Positions 1-8,913 of a stretch of DNA of 34,224 nt are shown here, in pieces. Below the pieces are notes generated by a model. It was not told the DNA's origin. It searched no databases and saw nothing but the letters and a program-made list of their open reading frames with translations. The translations under genes were made by a program, and so were the position numbers. Origin of the DNA: an uncultured Propionibacteriaceae bacterium (GTDB lineage: Bacteria; Actinomycetota; Actinomycetes; Propionibacteriales; Propionibacteriaceae); assembly GCA_964528755.1 (NCBI GenBank), contig CAZGWN010000036.1, forward strand, positions 1 through 34,224, read 5' to 3'. The first letter of the stretch is position 1, and the number at the start of each line of letters is the position of its first letter.

Positions 1-231
1 CGTGGCCCGGCCGGGTCGAGGCCGGTGAGGCGGCGTACGTGGCCCTGCGCGACGACGGCGGCCCGGCGCAGCCCGGTGATCATCTCGCGGGCCTCGGCGG
101 CCTCGACGGATGGCCCGGCCGGGGCCAACCGCACCGCGGTGGCCGCGGCCAGCCGCCAGTCGATCAGCGGCCGGCCGTCGGTGGGCCCGCCGGCCGCAGC
201 GGCCCGGTCGAGCGACGGTGGGGCAACCATG
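1..231 (-). CDS. Hypothetical protein, 5' end only; the gene runs off the window edge
   Basis: Minus-strand ATG at 229-231 (plus 'cat') preceded by a perfect AGGAGG RBS ('ggaggcccATG'). Open frame to position 1, reading MVAPPSLDRAAAAGGPTDGRPLIDW... Lies immediately downstream of the sixA-like gene in the same orientation. Confidence 0.4.
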
Positions 232-241
232 GGCCTCCTAC

Positions 242-784
242 TCACTCCACGTGGGCGTGGGTGAGCCGTGCCCGGTCGAGGCCGGCCCACGGCCCGGTGA
301 ACTCCAGCCGCACGATCGTGCCCGGCGGGAAGCGGTGGGCGATCTGGGCCTTGGCGGTCTGATCCGAGCCGTTGCGCTCGACGAGGTCCCAGGTCAGCGC
401 GGGGATCCCGGGCGCGTGGGCAACCACGAGCGCGGTGCGGGTCGGCTCGTCCAGGAGGTGCAGGTGGTCCAGGATGGTGTCCGACCCGCAGTTGTACAGC
501 TCCTCCACAGTGCGCGCCGGGACCTGCGGCGCGACTGTGTGCAGCGTCTCCACGGCCCGTACGGCCGGGGAGCACAGCGCGAGGTCGACGGTGTCACCAC
601 GGGCGCGCAGCCAGTCGGCGACCGTCGCGGACTGGGCGCGCCCGGTGTCGGTCAGCTCGCGGTTCTGGTCGGGTTCACCGGGTCGGATCTCCTCCGCGCG
701 GGCGTGGCGCATGAGAAAGACGACGTGGCGATCCGACCCGCCGTGCTCGGGCTGCTCCGGTTGTCCCGGCGTCCCCTGGTCCAT
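242..784 (-). CDS. Histidine phosphatase superfamily protein (SixA/phosphoglycerate-mutase-like)
   Basis: 180 aa ORF with an N-terminal 'VVFLMRHARAE' catalytic RH(G/A)-type motif after a beta-strand and a later conserved His region. ATG at 784 with upstream AGGGTGGA. Confidence 0.55.
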   Translation of the reverse strand: MDQGTPGQPEQPEHGGSDRHVVFLMRHARAEEIRPGEPDQNRELTDTGRAQSATVADWLRARGDTVDLALCSPAVRAVETLHTVAPQVPARTVEELYNCGSDTILDHLHLLDEPTRTALVVAHAPGIPALTWDLVERNGSDQTAKAQIAHRFPPGTIVRLEFTGPWAGLDRARLTHAHVE

Positions 785-793
785 GGGTCCACC

Positions 794-1834
794 CTAGTCG
801 GCAGTGTGCGCGGAGGGCTTGACCGCGACCAGGACATCGCGGTGGATGGCCGAGTCGACCCGGTGGGAGAACTCCCGCCACGGTCCGTCGTCGAGCACGT
901 CCAACCCGGCGTCGGTCGCCATCGCGACGAGGTCCTCCCGGGCGAGGCCGTACGTGTTCCAGGACAGGCCCAGCGCCCCGCCGGGCTTGAGCTGGGCCGC
1001 CCACACCGGCAGGCCGCCCTTGAGCAGGCCGGCCGGCGACCGGTCCCGCTTGCCTGTGGTGTTGACCACATCGGAGCGGGACCCGTGCACGACACCGTAC
1101 GGGGCGTCGGTGACCACCGCGTCGAAGGTCCGTTTCCCCCACAGCCGACCCGACGAGCGGGTGTCCCCGGTGAACACTCCCATGGTGAGGTCGCGCTCGG
1201 GAAGATGCACGGTGGCCTCGAACTTGCGTCCCAGGCTCTTGCCCTCCCGGCGGACCGGCACCATGTCCGCGTGGTGCTTGATCCGCTTGCGCCGCAGGTA
1301 GGTCTTGAGGAAGGCCGAGAACTGTTCGACCGCCTTGGCGTCGACCTCCACCCCGGCCGCGTCCAGACCGAAGGTCCAGGCGGTGGTGAGCGTGGTCCCG
1401 CGCCCGCACAGCGGGTCGAGCACCGTGGCGCCCCGGCCGAGCGGTCGACGTACGGCGGCGAGCGTCACGTTGAGCAGCAGTCGGGTGAACTGCTCGTTGG
1501 TCTTGCCGGGATACTTCGGGATAGTGACCAGGTCGTCGTCGAAGACGTCGACCCGGGGCACCTCGATCGGACGCAGCAACCCGCCGGCATCCTCCTCGAA
1601 CAGCGCGAGGAAGGTCGACTGCCGGGCGATCCGCCGCAGCGCCGCGCCACGCCCGGGCCCGTCGCCGTCCAGCGCGTCCGACTCGAAGCCCACGTAGTCG
1701 ACCCCCGCCACCGTACGCGGCGCCACGTCGCGGGCCCCCGGCGCACAGACCGCCAGCTCGGCCACCGCCAGCGCCGTCGCCTGGCCCGCATAGACACGAT
1801 TCGCCCCGGGCCGGGCGAGCATCAGGAGTCGCAT
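794..1834 (-). CDS. SAM-dependent methyltransferase (UPF0020/m2G-m6A type)
   Basis: 346 aa. Motif I 'VLDPLCGRGTT' and motif IV 'DAPYG', in gamma-type order. Sits just upstream of ppa. Confidence 0.6.
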   Translation of the reverse strand: MRLLMLARPGANRVYAGQATALAVAELAVCAPGARDVAPRTVAGVDYVGFESDALDGDGPGRGAALRRIARQSTFLALFEEDAGGLLRPIEVPRVDVFDDDLVTIPKYPGKTNEQFTRLLLNVTLAAVRRPLGRGATVLDPLCGRGTTLTTAWTFGLDAAGVEVDAKAVEQFSAFLKTYLRRKRIKHHADMVPVRREGKSLGRKFEATVHLPERDLTMGVFTGDTRSSGRLWGKRTFDAVVTDAPYGVVHGSRSDVVNTTGKRDRSPAGLLKGGLPVWAAQLKPGGALGLSWNTYGLAREDLVAMATDAGLDVLDDGPWREFSHRVDSAIHRDVLVAVKPSAHTAD

Positions 1835-1864
1835 CCCGGCATCATCCCACGCCGGTCGAGACGA

Positions 1865-2428
1865 TCAGTAGTGGTTGACCTGCAGTTGCTCGTAGTCGGT
1901 GCCCTTGGCCCGATCCATCGACGCCCGGATCTCCGCCTCGGCGTCGTCGCGGGAGGCCCAGGTGGCGCCCTCGACCGACTTGCCGGGCTCGAGGTCCTTG
2001 TAGACCGTGAAGAAGTGCTCGATCTCCAGGAGCTGGAACTCCGGAATGTCCTCCAGGTCCTGCAGGTGGTCACGCCGGTGGTCGGCGACCGGCACGCACA
2101 GCACCTTGTCGTCGCCGCCGGCCTCGTCGCGCATCCGGAACATGCCGATTGCGCGGCACTTGATCAGGCAGCCGGGGAAGGTCGGCTCCGGCACCAGCAC
2201 CATGGCGTCCAGCGGATCGCCGTCCTGGCCCAGGGTGGTCTCGATGAAGCCGTAGTCGGAAGGGTATTGGGTGGCGGTGAACAGGGTGCGGTCGAGCACG
2301 ATCCGGCCGGTGTGGTGATCCATCTCGTACTTGTTCTTGGTCCCCTTGGGGATCTCGATGGTCACGTAGAACTCCAGCCCACTGGGCTGGGTGGCGGAAC
2401 CACCCGACACGCGGTAATCGTCAGTCAC
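1865..2428 (-). CDS. ppa: Inorganic pyrophosphatase
   Basis: 187 aa family I PPase signature ('[22 protein letters not shown]', '[10 protein letters not shown]'). GTG start at 2428 with a GGAAGAG RBS. Confidence 0.93.
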   Translation of the reverse strand: MTDDYRVSGGSATQPSGLEFYVTIEIPKGTKNKYEMDHHTGRIVLDRTLFTATQYPSDYGFIETTLGQDGDPLDAMVLVPEPTFPGCLIKCRAIGMFRMRDEAGGDDKVLCVPVADHRRDHLQDLEDIPEFQLLEIEHFFTVYKDLEPGKSVEGATWASRDDAEAEIRASMDRAKGTDYEQLQVNHY

Positions 2429-2548
2429 CTTCGGCTCTTCCTATGATGTGTCCGGATCGGTCACGGCAGACACTACCGAACCGGACCCTCGATCGGGGCC
2501 CGTCGTGCTGTCGTCCCGACCGGCGCAACGCGACGCAGGAGGCAGCCG

Positions 2549-3952
2549 ATGACCACCCACCGCCCGGCCGTGGGCTCGATCGTGCTGGCCTGCGGGGTGG
2601 TCACCTGCGCCCTCGGTCTGCTCGCCGTCGCCGTGGAGGGTGGGGTCGGGGCAGCCGTGGAGCGGTCCGTGGCCGCCGACCCGCAGCCCGCCGGGCAGAC
2701 CCCCGCGATCGGATCGTGGTCGCCCGTCCCGCTGCCCCAGGCGACTCCCGCCACCCCCGTCGCAACCCCGGTGGCGGGCACCCTGGACCCCGGGCCGTAC
2801 GCCGCCGCCCTGGACGGCGTCACCGGCTCGGGCCTGTCCGGGGACCGGTACGGGGTCGTGGTCGACCCGGTGAGCGGTGACGCGCTCTGGGACAGCGGCG
2901 CCGATGAGGCCGTGCTGCCCGCCTCGACCATGAAGCTGCTGACCTGCCTGGCCGCCCTGGACCTGCTCGGCCCCGCGCACCGCTTCCGGACCGCCGTCGT
3001 GGCCGGCGCCGACGACACGATCGTGCTGGTCGGGGGCGGGGACCCGTACCTGTCCTCGAAGCCGACCGCGAGCGCGCCGGGCCGGGCGAGCGTGAGCGAC
3101 CTCGCCGCGCGGACCGCCGGGGCCCTGCACGCCGCCGGGACCACGAAGGTGCGGGTGGCCTGGGACAACACGTTGTTCGACGAGTCCGGGTGGAACGACG
3201 ACTGGCCGACCACGTACGCCGACCAGGTCACCCCGGTCGGCGCGCTGGTCGTCGACCAGGGCCGGCTCGACGGCACCAGCCCCGGGCGGCGTACCACCAC
3301 GCCGGGCCGGGATGCCGCCGAGGCGTTCGTCGCCGCGCTGGAGGGGGCCGGGATCGACGCATCGCTGACCGACCCGGCCGAGGCACCCGAGGGCGCCGAG
3401 GAACTGGCGGCGGTGGACTCGTTGCCCCTCAGCGGGATCGTCGAGAACCTGCTGGTCCACTCCGACAACGACGCCGCCGAGATCCTCGCCCACCAGGTTG
3501 GCGTCGCGGCCGGCACGGGCGGCTCCTTCGAGGGCGCCGCCGACGGCGTCCGGCAGGTCCTGACCGAACACGACCTGTGGGACGACCACGCGGTGCTGTC
3601 GGACGGGTCGGGGCTGTCCCGGGAGAATCGGGTGACGCCGACGATGCTGGCCGGGGCGGTCGCCCTGGCCGTGACCGACGACCGCTATCGGGCCCTGCTG
3701 TCCGGGCTGCCGGTCGGGGCCGCCACCGGCACCCTCGCCGAACGGTTCGGCGCCTCGGCGGCAAGCGCCGGTCGGGGTGCCGTCCACGCCAAGACCGGCA
3801 CCCTGTCCGGGACGAGCGCTCTGGCCGGCTACGCCGTCGGCGCCGGGGACGCGCCGGTGGTCTATGCCTTCGTCGTCAACGACTCCACCGACGACGTCTC
3901 AGCGCGGGCCTGGCTCGACCGGGCAGCGAGCGCGGTGGTCTCCGCCCGATAG
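2549..3952 (+). CDS. dacB: D-alanyl-D-alanine carboxypeptidase/endopeptidase, PBP4 family (peptidase S13)
   Basis: 467 aa with an N-terminal TM/signal segment. Carries SxxK 'STMKLLT', SDN 'HSDNDAAE' and KTG 'HAKTGTL' motifs. ATG at 2549 follows an AGGAGG RBS. Confidence 0.88.
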   Translation: MTTHRPAVGSIVLACGVVTCALGLLAVAVEGGVGAAVERSVAADPQPAGQTPAIGSWSPVPLPQATPATPVATPVAGTLDPGPYAAALDGVTGSGLSGDRYGVVVDPVSGDALWDSGADEAVLPASTMKLLTCLAALDLLGPAHRFRTAVVAGADDTIVLVGGGDPYLSSKPTASAPGRASVSDLAARTAGALHAAGTTKVRVAWDNTLFDESGWNDDWPTTYADQVTPVGALVVDQGRLDGTSPGRRTTTPGRDAAEAFVAALEGAGIDASLTDPAEAPEGAEELAAVDSLPLSGIVENLLVHSDNDAAEILAHQVGVAAGTGGSFEGAADGVRQVLTEHDLWDDHAVLSDGSGLSRENRVTPTMLAGAVALAVTDDRYRALLSGLPVGAATGTLAERFGASAASAGRGAVHAKTGTLSGTSALAGYAVGAGDAPVVYAFVVNDSTDDVSARAWLDRAASAVVSAR

Positions 3953-3962
3953 CCGACCCGGC

Positions 3963-5114
3963 TCACGCGGTGAACTGTCGCGCCCACCACGCGCGCCAGT
4001 GGATCTCCTCGGCGTGCCGGTAGTACTGCAGGAGCCGTTCGGTCGACGCCCGCCAGCTCCACTTGCGGGTCTCGATCCGGGCCGCCCGACCGAAGGCGTC
4101 ACGCATGCCGGGGTCGTTGATCAGCAGCATCACCTTGTCGGCGAGTTCGCCGGCGTCGTCGGGCCGGAAGAGGAAGCCGTTCTCCCCGTCGGAGATGACA
4201 TCGGGGATGCCCCCGGCCCGCGCGCCGACGACCGGGACGCCGCTGGCCATCGACTCCAGCGCCACCAGCCCGAGTGTCTCGGTAGTGGACGGGAAGGCGA
4301 AGACGTCCGCGGAGGCGTACGCCGCGGCGAGGTCGTCCCCGGCGAGGTAGCCGGTGAAGACCGTCGGCGTGCCGGCGAAGTCGCGTTCCAACTGCTCGCG
4401 GGCCGGCCCCGACCCGACGAGGGCCAGGCGTACGCCCGGCATCCGGTCCATCGCCCGGCGCAGCACATCGAGGCACTTCTCGGGGGCGAGCCGCCCGACG
4501 TAGACCACCAGGGGGGCCTCCGGGTGCCCGTCGGTGAGCCGGGCCCGCATCGCCGCGGATCGCTTCGCCGGGTCGTACGTCTCCGTGTCGACCGCCTTCG
4601 GCCACAGCCGGACCCGCCTGATGCCGATCTCGCGTGCCGCGTCGACCATCTGCGGCGAGGTGCACAGGTTGATGTCGGCCTGGTTGTGCAGCCCGGCGAT
4701 GTAGCGCTTGGAGAAGGTCTGCAGGAACCCCAGATCCATCGCCGCCGTGTACTTGGGCAGGTCGGTGTGGAACGACGCCAGCAGCGGGACGTTGCGCCGC
4801 TTCGCCGACAGCACCCCGTACGCCGCCAGGGCCACCGGGTTGACGGCATGGACGACATCGGGGGTGAACTCCTCCAGGGTGCGCGCGATCCGCGGCGTCG
4901 GCAGCCCGACGTGGAGCTCGGGATACCACGGCTCGAGCCGGGCCGACCGCACCCGGACCACCGGGAAACCCGCATACTCGGTCAGCTCGGTCCCCGGCGC
5001 GAAGATCACCACCTCCTGGTCGAGGGCGGCCAGCTGCTCGATGGTGCGGATGAGCCGGGTGACCACCCCGTCGATCTTGGGCAGGAAAACCTCGGTGAAG
5101 ACAGCGATGCGCAC
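3963..5114 (-). CDS. GT4 family glycosyltransferase, SqdX/SQD2-like (candidate sulfoquinovosyltransferase)
   Basis: 383 aa. N-terminus 'MRIAVFTEVFLPKIDGVVTRL...NLCTSPQMV' closely resembles cyanobacterial SqdX. Has a GT-B C-terminal E-x7-E region. Lies 30 bp downstream of the sqdB-like gene on the same strand. Confidence 0.7.
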   Translation of the reverse strand: MRIAVFTEVFLPKIDGVVTRLIRTIEQLAALDQEVVIFAPGTELTEYAGFPVVRVRSARLEPWYPELHVGLPTPRIARTLEEFTPDVVHAVNPVALAAYGVLSAKRRNVPLLASFHTDLPKYTAAMDLGFLQTFSKRYIAGLHNQADINLCTSPQMVDAAREIGIRRVRLWPKAVDTETYDPAKRSAAMRARLTDGHPEAPLVVYVGRLAPEKCLDVLRRAMDRMPGVRLALVGSGPAREQLERDFAGTPTVFTGYLAGDDLAAAYASADVFAFPSTTETLGLVALESMASGVPVVGARAGGIPDVISDGENGFLFRPDDAGELADKVMLLINDPGMRDAFGRAARIETRKWSWRASTERLLQYYRHAEEIHWRAWWARQFTA

Positions 5115-5143
5115 GGCGTGACGCTACCGGGTCGCGCCGGCGG

Positions 5144-6442
5144 TCAGGCCCGCGCCGCGTCCTTGCCGTTCACCCGGGCCGGCCTCCCGGCAGACTCGGC
5201 GAGTGGTGCCGCCGGCTCGGCGGGCGCCGCGGGGGCGCCCGCGGCGTCCTCGTAGCCGGCGGGGATCCCCGGCTTCTGTTCCTTGGTCCACAGGGACCGG
5301 GCCGGGATCCGTGACAGGTCACACCGGTCGGCGTAGCGCCCGGCGATCTCGGTGACCTCCATCATCAGCCCGTCGTCGAGGGTGATCGGCCGCCACCCGT
5401 ACGACAGGAAGGTGTCGTGCGCGACGTAGAGCTCGTTCTCCTGGTCCTCCTTGCGGGGATCGGGGACGAAGGCGACCTCGGCGCCGGTCATCCCGGCGAT
5501 CTTGCGCGCGAGGTCGCGCACCCGCAGGGTCTCGGCCTGCTGATTGAGGATCTTCACCCGTTCGCCGGACTGCGGCGGATTGTCCAGCGCCATCCCGACG
5601 CAGTTCGCGGTGTCCTGGATGTGGATGAAGGCACGGGTCTGCCCGCCGGTGCCGTGGACGGTCAGCGGGTAGCGAACGGCGGCCTGCATGAGGAAACGGT
5701 TGAGCACCGTGCCGTAATCGCCGTCGTAGTCGAACCGATTGACGAGCCGATCGTCGAGCTTACACTCGGCGGTGTTGGTGCCCCAGACGATGCCTTGGTG
5801 CAGGTCGGTGACCCGCAGCCGGTCGTTCTTGGCGTAGTACGCGAAGAGCAGTTGGTCCAGCGTCTTGGTCATGTGGTAGACCGAGCCCGGGTTCGTCGGG
5901 TAGAGAATCTGCTCGGGCACCGGATCGGCGCCGTCACGCGGGATCTGGATGTTGAGGTAGCCCTCGGGGATCCGCATCCCCGCGGTGCCGTACCCGTAGA
6001 CGCCCATCGTGCCGAGATGGACGATGTGGATGTCCAGCCCGGACTCCACCACCGCGGCCAGCAGGTTGTGGGTGGCATTGACGTTGTTGTCGACCGTGTA
6101 GCGCTTGTGCGCGGAGTTGGTCATCGAGTACGGGGCCGAGCGCTGCTCGGCGAAGTGGACCACCGCGTCCGGGCGTTCCTGGCGCAGCATGGCCAACAGA
6201 CCCGCGTAATCCTGCGCGAGGTCCTGGTTGCGGAAACGGATGTCCTTGCCGGTGACCTCGTGCCAGGCGGTGAGCCGCTCACCGATGGTCGTGATGGGCG
6301 TCAGGGATTCGACGCCGAGCTCGACGTCGATCGCCCGCCGGGAGAGGTTGTCGACGATGACGACATCGTCACCGCGGTTTGACAGATGCAGGGCCGTCGG
6401 CCAGCCGCAGAAGCCGTCGCCGCCCAGAACCAGTACTTTCAC
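5144..6442 (-). CDS. sqdB: UDP-sulfoquinovose synthase-like NAD-dependent epimerase/dehydratase (SQD1/SqdB/Agl3 family)
   Basis: 432 aa. 'MKVLVLGGDGFCGWPTALHLS...VVIVDNLSRR', 'HFAEQRSAPYSM', 'LGTMGVYG', 'YHMTKTLD' and 'LNRFLMQAAVRYPLTVHGTGGQTRAFI' are collinear with plant SQD1 and bacterial SqdB over the whole length. Ala/Pro-rich C-terminal tail. Confidence 0.78.
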   Translation of the reverse strand: MKVLVLGGDGFCGWPTALHLSNRGDDVVIVDNLSRRAIDVELGVESLTPITTIGERLTAWHEVTGKDIRFRNQDLAQDYAGLLAMLRQERPDAVVHFAEQRSAPYSMTNSAHKRYTVDNNVNATHNLLAAVVESGLDIHIVHLGTMGVYGYGTAGMRIPEGYLNIQIPRDGADPVPEQILYPTNPGSVYHMTKTLDQLLFAYYAKNDRLRVTDLHQGIVWGTNTAECKLDDRLVNRFDYDGDYGTVLNRFLMQAAVRYPLTVHGTGGQTRAFIHIQDTANCVGMALDNPPQSGERVKILNQQAETLRVRDLARKIAGMTGAEVAFVPDPRKEDQENELYVAHDTFLSYGWRPITLDDGLMMEVTEIAGRYADRCDLSRIPARSLWTKEQKPGIPAGYEDAAGAPAAPAEPAAPLAESAGRPARVNGKDAARA

Positions 6443-6657
6443 AACGCCTCCAGAGGAATCTCTGCCTTGCCGCCCGAGTTTCGGGACTGCCGGCTGCTTC
6501 GACCACGATAACGCAGGATCCCCTCGGTTTCAGGGCCGTCAACCGGCGCCCCGCGGTGAGGTGAAGGGCAGGAGACAGGCCGGTGAACAGCGGGTGGCGT
6601 CGGTGCTTCGTGACAGAATGGAACGTCGCACATCCGGCCAGACAGGAAGAGGATGAG

Positions 6658-7125
6658 ATGGCAGACGTGAAGGATCGACTGCGCGCCGACATGAAGGAGG
6701 CCATGAAGGCCCACGACCAGGCCCGCCTGGGCGCCATCCGGATGGCCCTTGCCGCGATCGGCAACGCCGAGGTGGAGGGGACCGCCCACGCCCTCAGCGC
6801 CGAGGAGGAGCAGCAGATTCTCACCCGCGAGGTCCGTCAGCGCAGGGACTCCGCCGCCGCGTACGCCGACGGGGGGCGCCAGGACCTGGTCGACAAGGAA
6901 CTGGCCGAGGCCGAGATCCTCCAGGCGTACCTCCCCGAGCCACTGACGCAGACCCAGGTGGTCGGCCTGGTCGAGGAGGAGTACGCCAAGGTCGCCGCCT
7001 CGGGCCACACCCCCTCGATGCGCGACATGGGCGCCATCATGAAGGCGGTCAACGCGAAGATCGCCGGACGCTTCGACGGCTCCCAGGTCGCCGCCCTGGT
7101 GAAGGCCCGGCTGAACGCCGGGTGA
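6658..7125 (+). CDS. GatB/YqeY domain-containing protein
   Basis: Helical ~155 aa protein, 'MADVKDRLRADMKEAMKAHDQARLGAIRMALAAIGNAEV...'. ATG at 6658 with a GGAAGAGGA RBS. The longer annotated ORF start at 6583 was not adopted. Confidence 0.7.
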   Translation: MADVKDRLRADMKEAMKAHDQARLGAIRMALAAIGNAEVEGTAHALSAEEEQQILTREVRQRRDSAAAYADGGRQDLVDKELAEAEILQAYLPEPLTQTQVVGLVEEEYAKVAASGHTPSMRDMGAIMKAVNAKIAGRFDGSQVAALVKARLNAG

Positions 7126-7191
7126 CCCGCGCTGGGGCTCCCCACAGGGTCCACCCAGCCGGCTCACAGAAAAAGTGACTCGAATCACACC

Positions 7192-7223
7192 GATGCCCGC
7201 AGATCCCCGTGTCTGCGGGCATC
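7192..7223 (+). terminator. Perfect 12-bp stem hairpin (GATGCCCGCAGA-N8-TCTGCGGGCATC), candidate factor-independent terminator after the yqeY-like gene
   Basis: Perfect inverted repeat read directly from the sequence. No U-tract follows, which is common for actinobacterial terminators. Confidence 0.45.
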
Positions 7224-7341
7224 CGCACGTCATCTCCCCCACCGGCGCCGTTATCCGAACGTGACTTCAGCTTTATCGTTCCGTGATCCTGTGGTTAGTC
7301 TCAGGCGTTCGTTCATCCGACACCGGATCACCGGGAGGATC

Positions 7342-8415
7342 ATGACCACCACGTACGTTGCCCGCGCCGGCGCCCTCGGAGCGCTGCTCAGCCTCGCCTC
7401 CCTCGCCGTGGGGGCCCCGGCGCTGGCCGCGGGACCGCAGTCGCCCACCACCGGGGCCGCCGACACCTCCACGCACGCCCCCGTCGCGGCCTCGAGCGCG
7501 CCGGAGACCCGATCGGCCCAGCCGGTCGCCGCCCGACGCACGAGCTCCACCACGATCGGCGACCACGTCGTCAAGGGCCGGATCGGTGCGGCGTACCTCG
7601 CCGCCGGCGGCACGAAGTCGACCCTCGGCACGCCGACCTCGGAGGAGTACACGATCCAGGACGGGATCATCGCCCAGAACTTCTCCGAAGGGCGGATGTA
7701 CTACACCCCGCGCACCGGGGCCCACGGTGTCCGCGACCACCTCTACCCGACCTATCGGGTGCTCGGCCGCAGTACCTCGGTGCTCGGGCTGCCGACGTCG
7801 GGCCAGATCACCACCTCGTACGGCATCCTGCAGCGTTTCGAGCACGGCTCGATGACCTGGAACCGATCGAGCGACCGGGTGACGGTGCGGGACGCGAACG
7901 GCACGGTGCTGCGCCGGGGCACCTCCGACGGCACCCGTACCTCGACGGGCTCGACGTCGTCGTCGTCGGCGTCGTCGGGCACCTCGAAGTCGTCCGCGGC
8001 GAAGTCGTCCGCGGCGAAGCCGAAGCGGGCCATCACCGAGGAGTCCTCGACATCCCGGTCCTCGACGAGGGCGACCCAGAAGTCGACCACCTCGGCCAAG
8101 AAGTCCACGTCCTCGACCAAGAAGTCCACGTCGGCCAAGAAGTCCACGTCCTCGGCGTCCTCGGGCTCGTCCACCGGCTCGTCTGTCTGGGACAGGCTGG
8201 CCCAGTGCGAGTCCAGTGGCAACTGGTCGATCAACTCCGGCAACGGCTTCTACGGCGGCTTGCAGTTCACCCTGTCGACCTGGCGGGCCTACGGCGGTAG
8301 CGGGATGCCGAACCAGGCCTCCCGCGCCGAGCAGATCCGGGTCGCCCAGAAGGTCCAGGCCGGACAGGGCTGGGGCGCGTGGCCGGCGTGCTCCAGCAAG
8401 CTCGGGTTGCGCTGA
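7342..8415 (+). CDS. Secreted Rpf-like transglycosylase with LGFP repeats and a Ser/Thr/Lys-rich linker
   Basis: Signal peptide 'MTTTYVARAGALGALLSLASLAVGAPALA'. Two to three LGFP-type repeats ('LGTPTSEEY...', 'LGLPTSGQI...'). C-terminal transglycosylase-like (Rpf) domain 'CESSGNWSINSGNGFYGGLQFTLSTWRAYGG'. GGGAGG RBS before the ATG at 7342. Confidence 0.75.
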   Translation: MTTTYVARAGALGALLSLASLAVGAPALAAGPQSPTTGAADTSTHAPVAASSAPETRSAQPVAARRTSSTTIGDHVVKGRIGAAYLAAGGTKSTLGTPTSEEYTIQDGIIAQNFSEGRMYYTPRTGAHGVRDHLYPTYRVLGRSTSVLGLPTSGQITTSYGILQRFEHGSMTWNRSSDRVTVRDANGTVLRRGTSDGTRTSTGSTSSSSASSGTSKSSAAKSSAAKPKRAITEESSTSRSSTRATQKSTTSAKKSTSSTKKSTSAKKSTSSASSGSSTGSSVWDRLAQCESSGNWSINSGNGFYGGLQFTLSTWRAYGGSGMPNQASRAEQIRVAQKVQAGQGWGAWPACSSKLGLR

Positions 8416-8436
8416 GGCGCACGAACAGTCCGATCT

Positions 8437-8474
8437 CCGTGCCCGTGCCCCACGTCCCTGGGGCCCGGGCACGG
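8437..8474 (+). terminator. Hairpin terminator downstream of the rpf-like gene (16-bp stem with one mismatch, 6-nt loop)
   Basis: CCGTGCCCGTGCCCCA-cgtccc-TGGGGCCCGGGCACGG, 22 bp after the stop codon. Confidence 0.4.
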
Positions 8475-8742
8475 CTGCGTTCGGGGAGAACCCGAAGCCC
8501 GAGCACCGACGGAGGCGGGGCGACAGACAGCCAGGAGCCCTCACCCCCGCGAAAGCGACCCACCCCCCGGCAATGGACCCTGTGGACGCCCGGGCGGCTC
8601 GGACGGCCCCGGAACGGGCCCGGTCCGGCGGGCACGAACCGCAGGCGCACCTCAAGCACGCGCCCGGGTAGGTGGAGGGCAGGGGTTGGGCGCCGGGCCG
8701 GATGTCAGGACGGCCTCGTCGTGGCCGATCACCCGGTGAGCA

Positions 8743-8818
8743 TGGAGCCACCTACCGGAATCGAACCGGTGACCTACGCTTTACGAGAGCGTCGCTCTAC
8801 CTACTGAGCTAAGGTGGC
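8743..8818 (-). tRNA. tRNA-Thr (anticodon CGT)
   Basis: The reverse complement folds as a canonical cloverleaf. Acceptor GCCACCT/AGGTGGC, D-arm GCTC-AGTAGGTA-GAGC, anticodon stem ACGCT/AGCGT with loop CTCGTAA, T-arm ACCGG-TTCGATT-CCGGT, and an encoded CCA. Confidence 0.9.
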
Positions 8819-8913
8819 CTGTCGCTGCGGGCGGAGCCCGACAGACAAGCGACAACTATAGCGGCCGAGCGGATGGGCGCCAACCGGGCCGCGCCCACCG
8901 CTTGCCGTCACGA

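Noticed and set aside
110-2446. 778 aa plus-strand ORF spanning the sixA-like, methyltransferase and ppa loci
   Set aside because: Antisense to three well-supported minus-strand genes. Low-complexity Arg/Gly/Pro-rich translation typical of a high-GC frame artefact.
2441-3787. 448 aa and 347 aa minus-strand ORFs opposite dacB
   Set aside because: Antisense to dacB, which has clear PBP motifs. The composition is Gly/Arg/Pro-rich with no domains.
3777-5255. 492 aa plus-strand ORF opposite the GT4 gene, with overlapping 276 and 281 aa minus-frame ORFs
   Set aside because: Alternative frames of the GT4 locus. Only the 383 aa minus-strand frame gives a coherent glycosyltransferase.
5417-6382. 321 aa plus-strand ORF opposite the sqdB-like gene
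   Set aside because: Antisense artefact. The sqdB frame has full-length family similarity.
6443-6657. Possible riboswitch or leader upstream of the yqeY-like gene (small CCCGA-GTT-TCGGG hairpin)
   Set aside because: Only a 5-bp stem. No recognisable riboswitch consensus could be read by eye.
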